Positions 62,368 to 64,000 of a stretch of DNA of 64,000 nucleotides are shown piece after piece. Source of the stretch: a virus. Each line of letters starts with the position of its first letter. The stretch's first letter is position 1. The translations under genes were made by a program, and so were the position numbers. The notes under the pieces were generated by a model, which worked only from the letters and a program-made list of their open reading frames with translations, had not been told where the DNA came from and searched no databases. The DNA lies in the IMG/VR virus record IMGVR_UViG_3300034121_001395. The stretch is one strand, 5' to 3'.

Positions 62368-62997
62368 ATGCCATACTTAAATCATAACACTCCGAATATT
62401 ACATGTTTCATAAGAAACGAATATCTTTTTAATCATGAAAAGGGTCATGGCGAATATACTCCTGCTAATATACACTCAGTAGCTTCTATTGAAAATCGTG
62501 TTCCACTCTTTGAAGCATTCTTGTCGAATGGTGTAAACTGGACCCGTCGTCCGCTGTCTGCGTTTTGTTGGAAAGAGTGTGATCCGCTTCCACTCGAAGA
62601 GCTTATCTACTGGGACTGCTTTAGTCCGTATATTGATGTTTCTATTCGCTCTCGCTTTAGGGGTTTGAGAGCGGAACTTATAACTCCATCAACTGCTAAA
62701 GTCTGGGGTGAATATCTCTTTACTCTTGATTGGGCTTGGGAAAATAAAGGGGTATTAGACACAAACTTTTCAGAGACAAGCGAACATAAGTGCGCTCATC
62801 TTTTTAAAGCGGACAGTGGTCATTTTTATGCATATCCAAACAATCGAATCTTGTGGCATGACAAAGCATGGAGTGATGAGCCTATAACATGCAATCCAGG
62901 ATATAAAATTGATAGCAATATATACAGTGTAGAAAACACAAAAGTTAGCTATACTGATGATCAATATATGACAAACTTTACAGTAACACCATCATGA
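62368..62997 (+). CDS. Hypothetical phage protein
   Basis: MPYLNHN, RNEYLFNHEKGHGE, WDCFS, EHKCAH, YPNNR. Confidence 0.7.
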   Translation: MPYLNHNTPNITCFIRNEYLFNHEKGHGEYTPANIHSVASIENRVPLFEAFLSNGVNWTRRPLSAFCWKECDPLPLEELIYWDCFSPYIDVSIRSRFRGLRAELITPSTAKVWGEYLFTLDWAWENKGVLDTNFSETSEHKCAHLFKADSGHFYAYPNNRILWHDKAWSDEPITCNPGYKIDSNIYSVENTKVSYTDDQYMTNFTVTPS

Positions 62998-63440
62998 TGC
63001 AATCATTTAAAGAATTTTTATTGGAGAATACTGCCTATTATAGAGGCTTGTCAAAGAGTACGTCTGATAAACGAAGCGCTCATTTTAATCGTCAGACCCG
63101 TATGAGTGATGATGATGCAGACGCGTACAAACCTGCGCCTGGAGATGCACGCGCCGATACAAAGACGTCTAAATGGACGCAGGCATATGCCGACAAATAC
63201 GGAGAAGATCTTGAAGAATCAGAAACAAGTGCACTTCAAAAGAAAGCAGAAAAGACTGGCATAGCATACAGCATTCTTAAAAAAGTATTTGATCGCGGCA
63301 TGGCTGCATGGAAAACTGGTCATCGGCCAGGAGCCTCACAGCACCAGTGGGCATATGCTCGCGTCAACAGCTTTATTATGGGTGGACCTACTCAAAAGAC
63401 TACAGATGCTGACCTGTGGGCGCAGCATAAGGGTAAATAA
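62994..63440 (+). CDS. Hypothetical virion-type protein (DUF5824-like)
   Basis: YKPAPGD, RGMAAWKTGHRPG, WAYARVNSF, DADLW. Confidence 0.65.
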   Translation: MMQSFKEFLLENTAYYRGLSKSTSDKRSAHFNRQTRMSDDDADAYKPAPGDARADTKTSKWTQAYADKYGEDLEESETSALQKKAEKTGIAYSILKKVFDRGMAAWKTGHRPGASQHQWAYARVNSFIMGGPTQKTTDADLWAQHKGK

Positions 63441-63461
63441 GTATAAATATATAATCTGCAT

Positions 63462-64000
63462 ATGAAAAAAGAAGTAAGACTCAAAGATCTACTAACAGTT
63501 GACCCTACAGATGGCTCATATAACTATGATCCACTCGACATTATGATCACTGCATACAAAAAACGCAAACGAGATTGGATGATCAGTGAAGAGGACCCAG
63601 AATGTGAGTGTCCAGCAGACTGTGACTGTGACTGTGACTGTCATGACATAGAAGAGTCTGTCTATGATACTATGTCAAAACATGAGTTGAATGCAGAACT
63701 TCGTAGAATTAATGACGAACTTAAAAAATTAAAGTCTGCTGAAAAAACAAAAGACACACTCAACAAAATAGGAATATTGACTAATGCTCGTGATAGTGTG
63801 CTAGAAATGCTAAAGGAAGAAACAATTGTTGAAGTATTAACTATTCAGCAGCGTATGGCACGCCGTGCAGCTATGCGTCGACTCAAGAGTCGCATAAAGG
63901 TTGGTCGCGAGCGGGCAAAACGCCGTCGCGCATCAAATGAAGTATTAAAAGCTCGTGCACGTCGTGCAGCTCGTAACCAACTAGCTAAACGTTTACTTGG
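63462..64000 (+). CDS. Late protein (3'-truncated) with a Cys-Asp repeat and an Arg-rich helix
   Basis: Open frame from the ATG after late promoter 63442; CECPADCDCDCDCH; QQRMARRAAMRR. Confidence 0.7.
   Translation, partial: MKKEVRLKDLLTVDPTDGSYNYDPLDIMITAYKKRKRDWMISEEDPECECPADCDCDCDCHDIEESVYDTMSKHELNAELRRINDELKKLKSAEKTKDTLNKIGILTNARDSVLEMLKEETIVEVLTIQQRMARRAAMRRLKSRIKVGRERAKRRRASNEVLKARARRAARNQLAKRLL

Overview
A 64-kb segment of an AT-rich T4-like (Tevenvirinae/Kyanoviridae-type) myophage genome. All credible genes are on the + strand. Gene order: packaging and structure (gp16, split gp17, gp18, gp19, gp20, a collagen/fibre cassette, gp67-like, gp21, gp22, gp23, gp3); recombination, replication and transcription (uvsY, split uvsW, gp55, gp47, gp46, VWA/MoxR pair, gp45, gp44, gp62, regA, hsp20, gp43, a primase-polymerase-like ORF); about 14 kb of small early/accessory ORFs; a probable cytosine-modification cluster around a gp42-like dCMP hydroxymethylase; uvsX and gp41; then late genes with T4 capsid-targeting-like N-termini. 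Two core genes are fractured around free-standing homing endonucleases. terL carries a complete, atypically split intein (33-aa IntN, 104-aa IntC). uvsW carries only one non-catalytic Hint-like lobe on its N-half and one IntC-like strand on its C-half, suggesting a splicing-free intein-derived clasp; this is the most novel signal here. Also notable: a 104-codon module bounded by 25-bp direct repeats inside the scaffold gene, many apparently leaderless promoter-ATG arrangements, a ROSE-like thermometer upstream of hsp20, and a hairpin covering an endonuclease start codon. All assignments come from reading motifs by eye; no searches were run.
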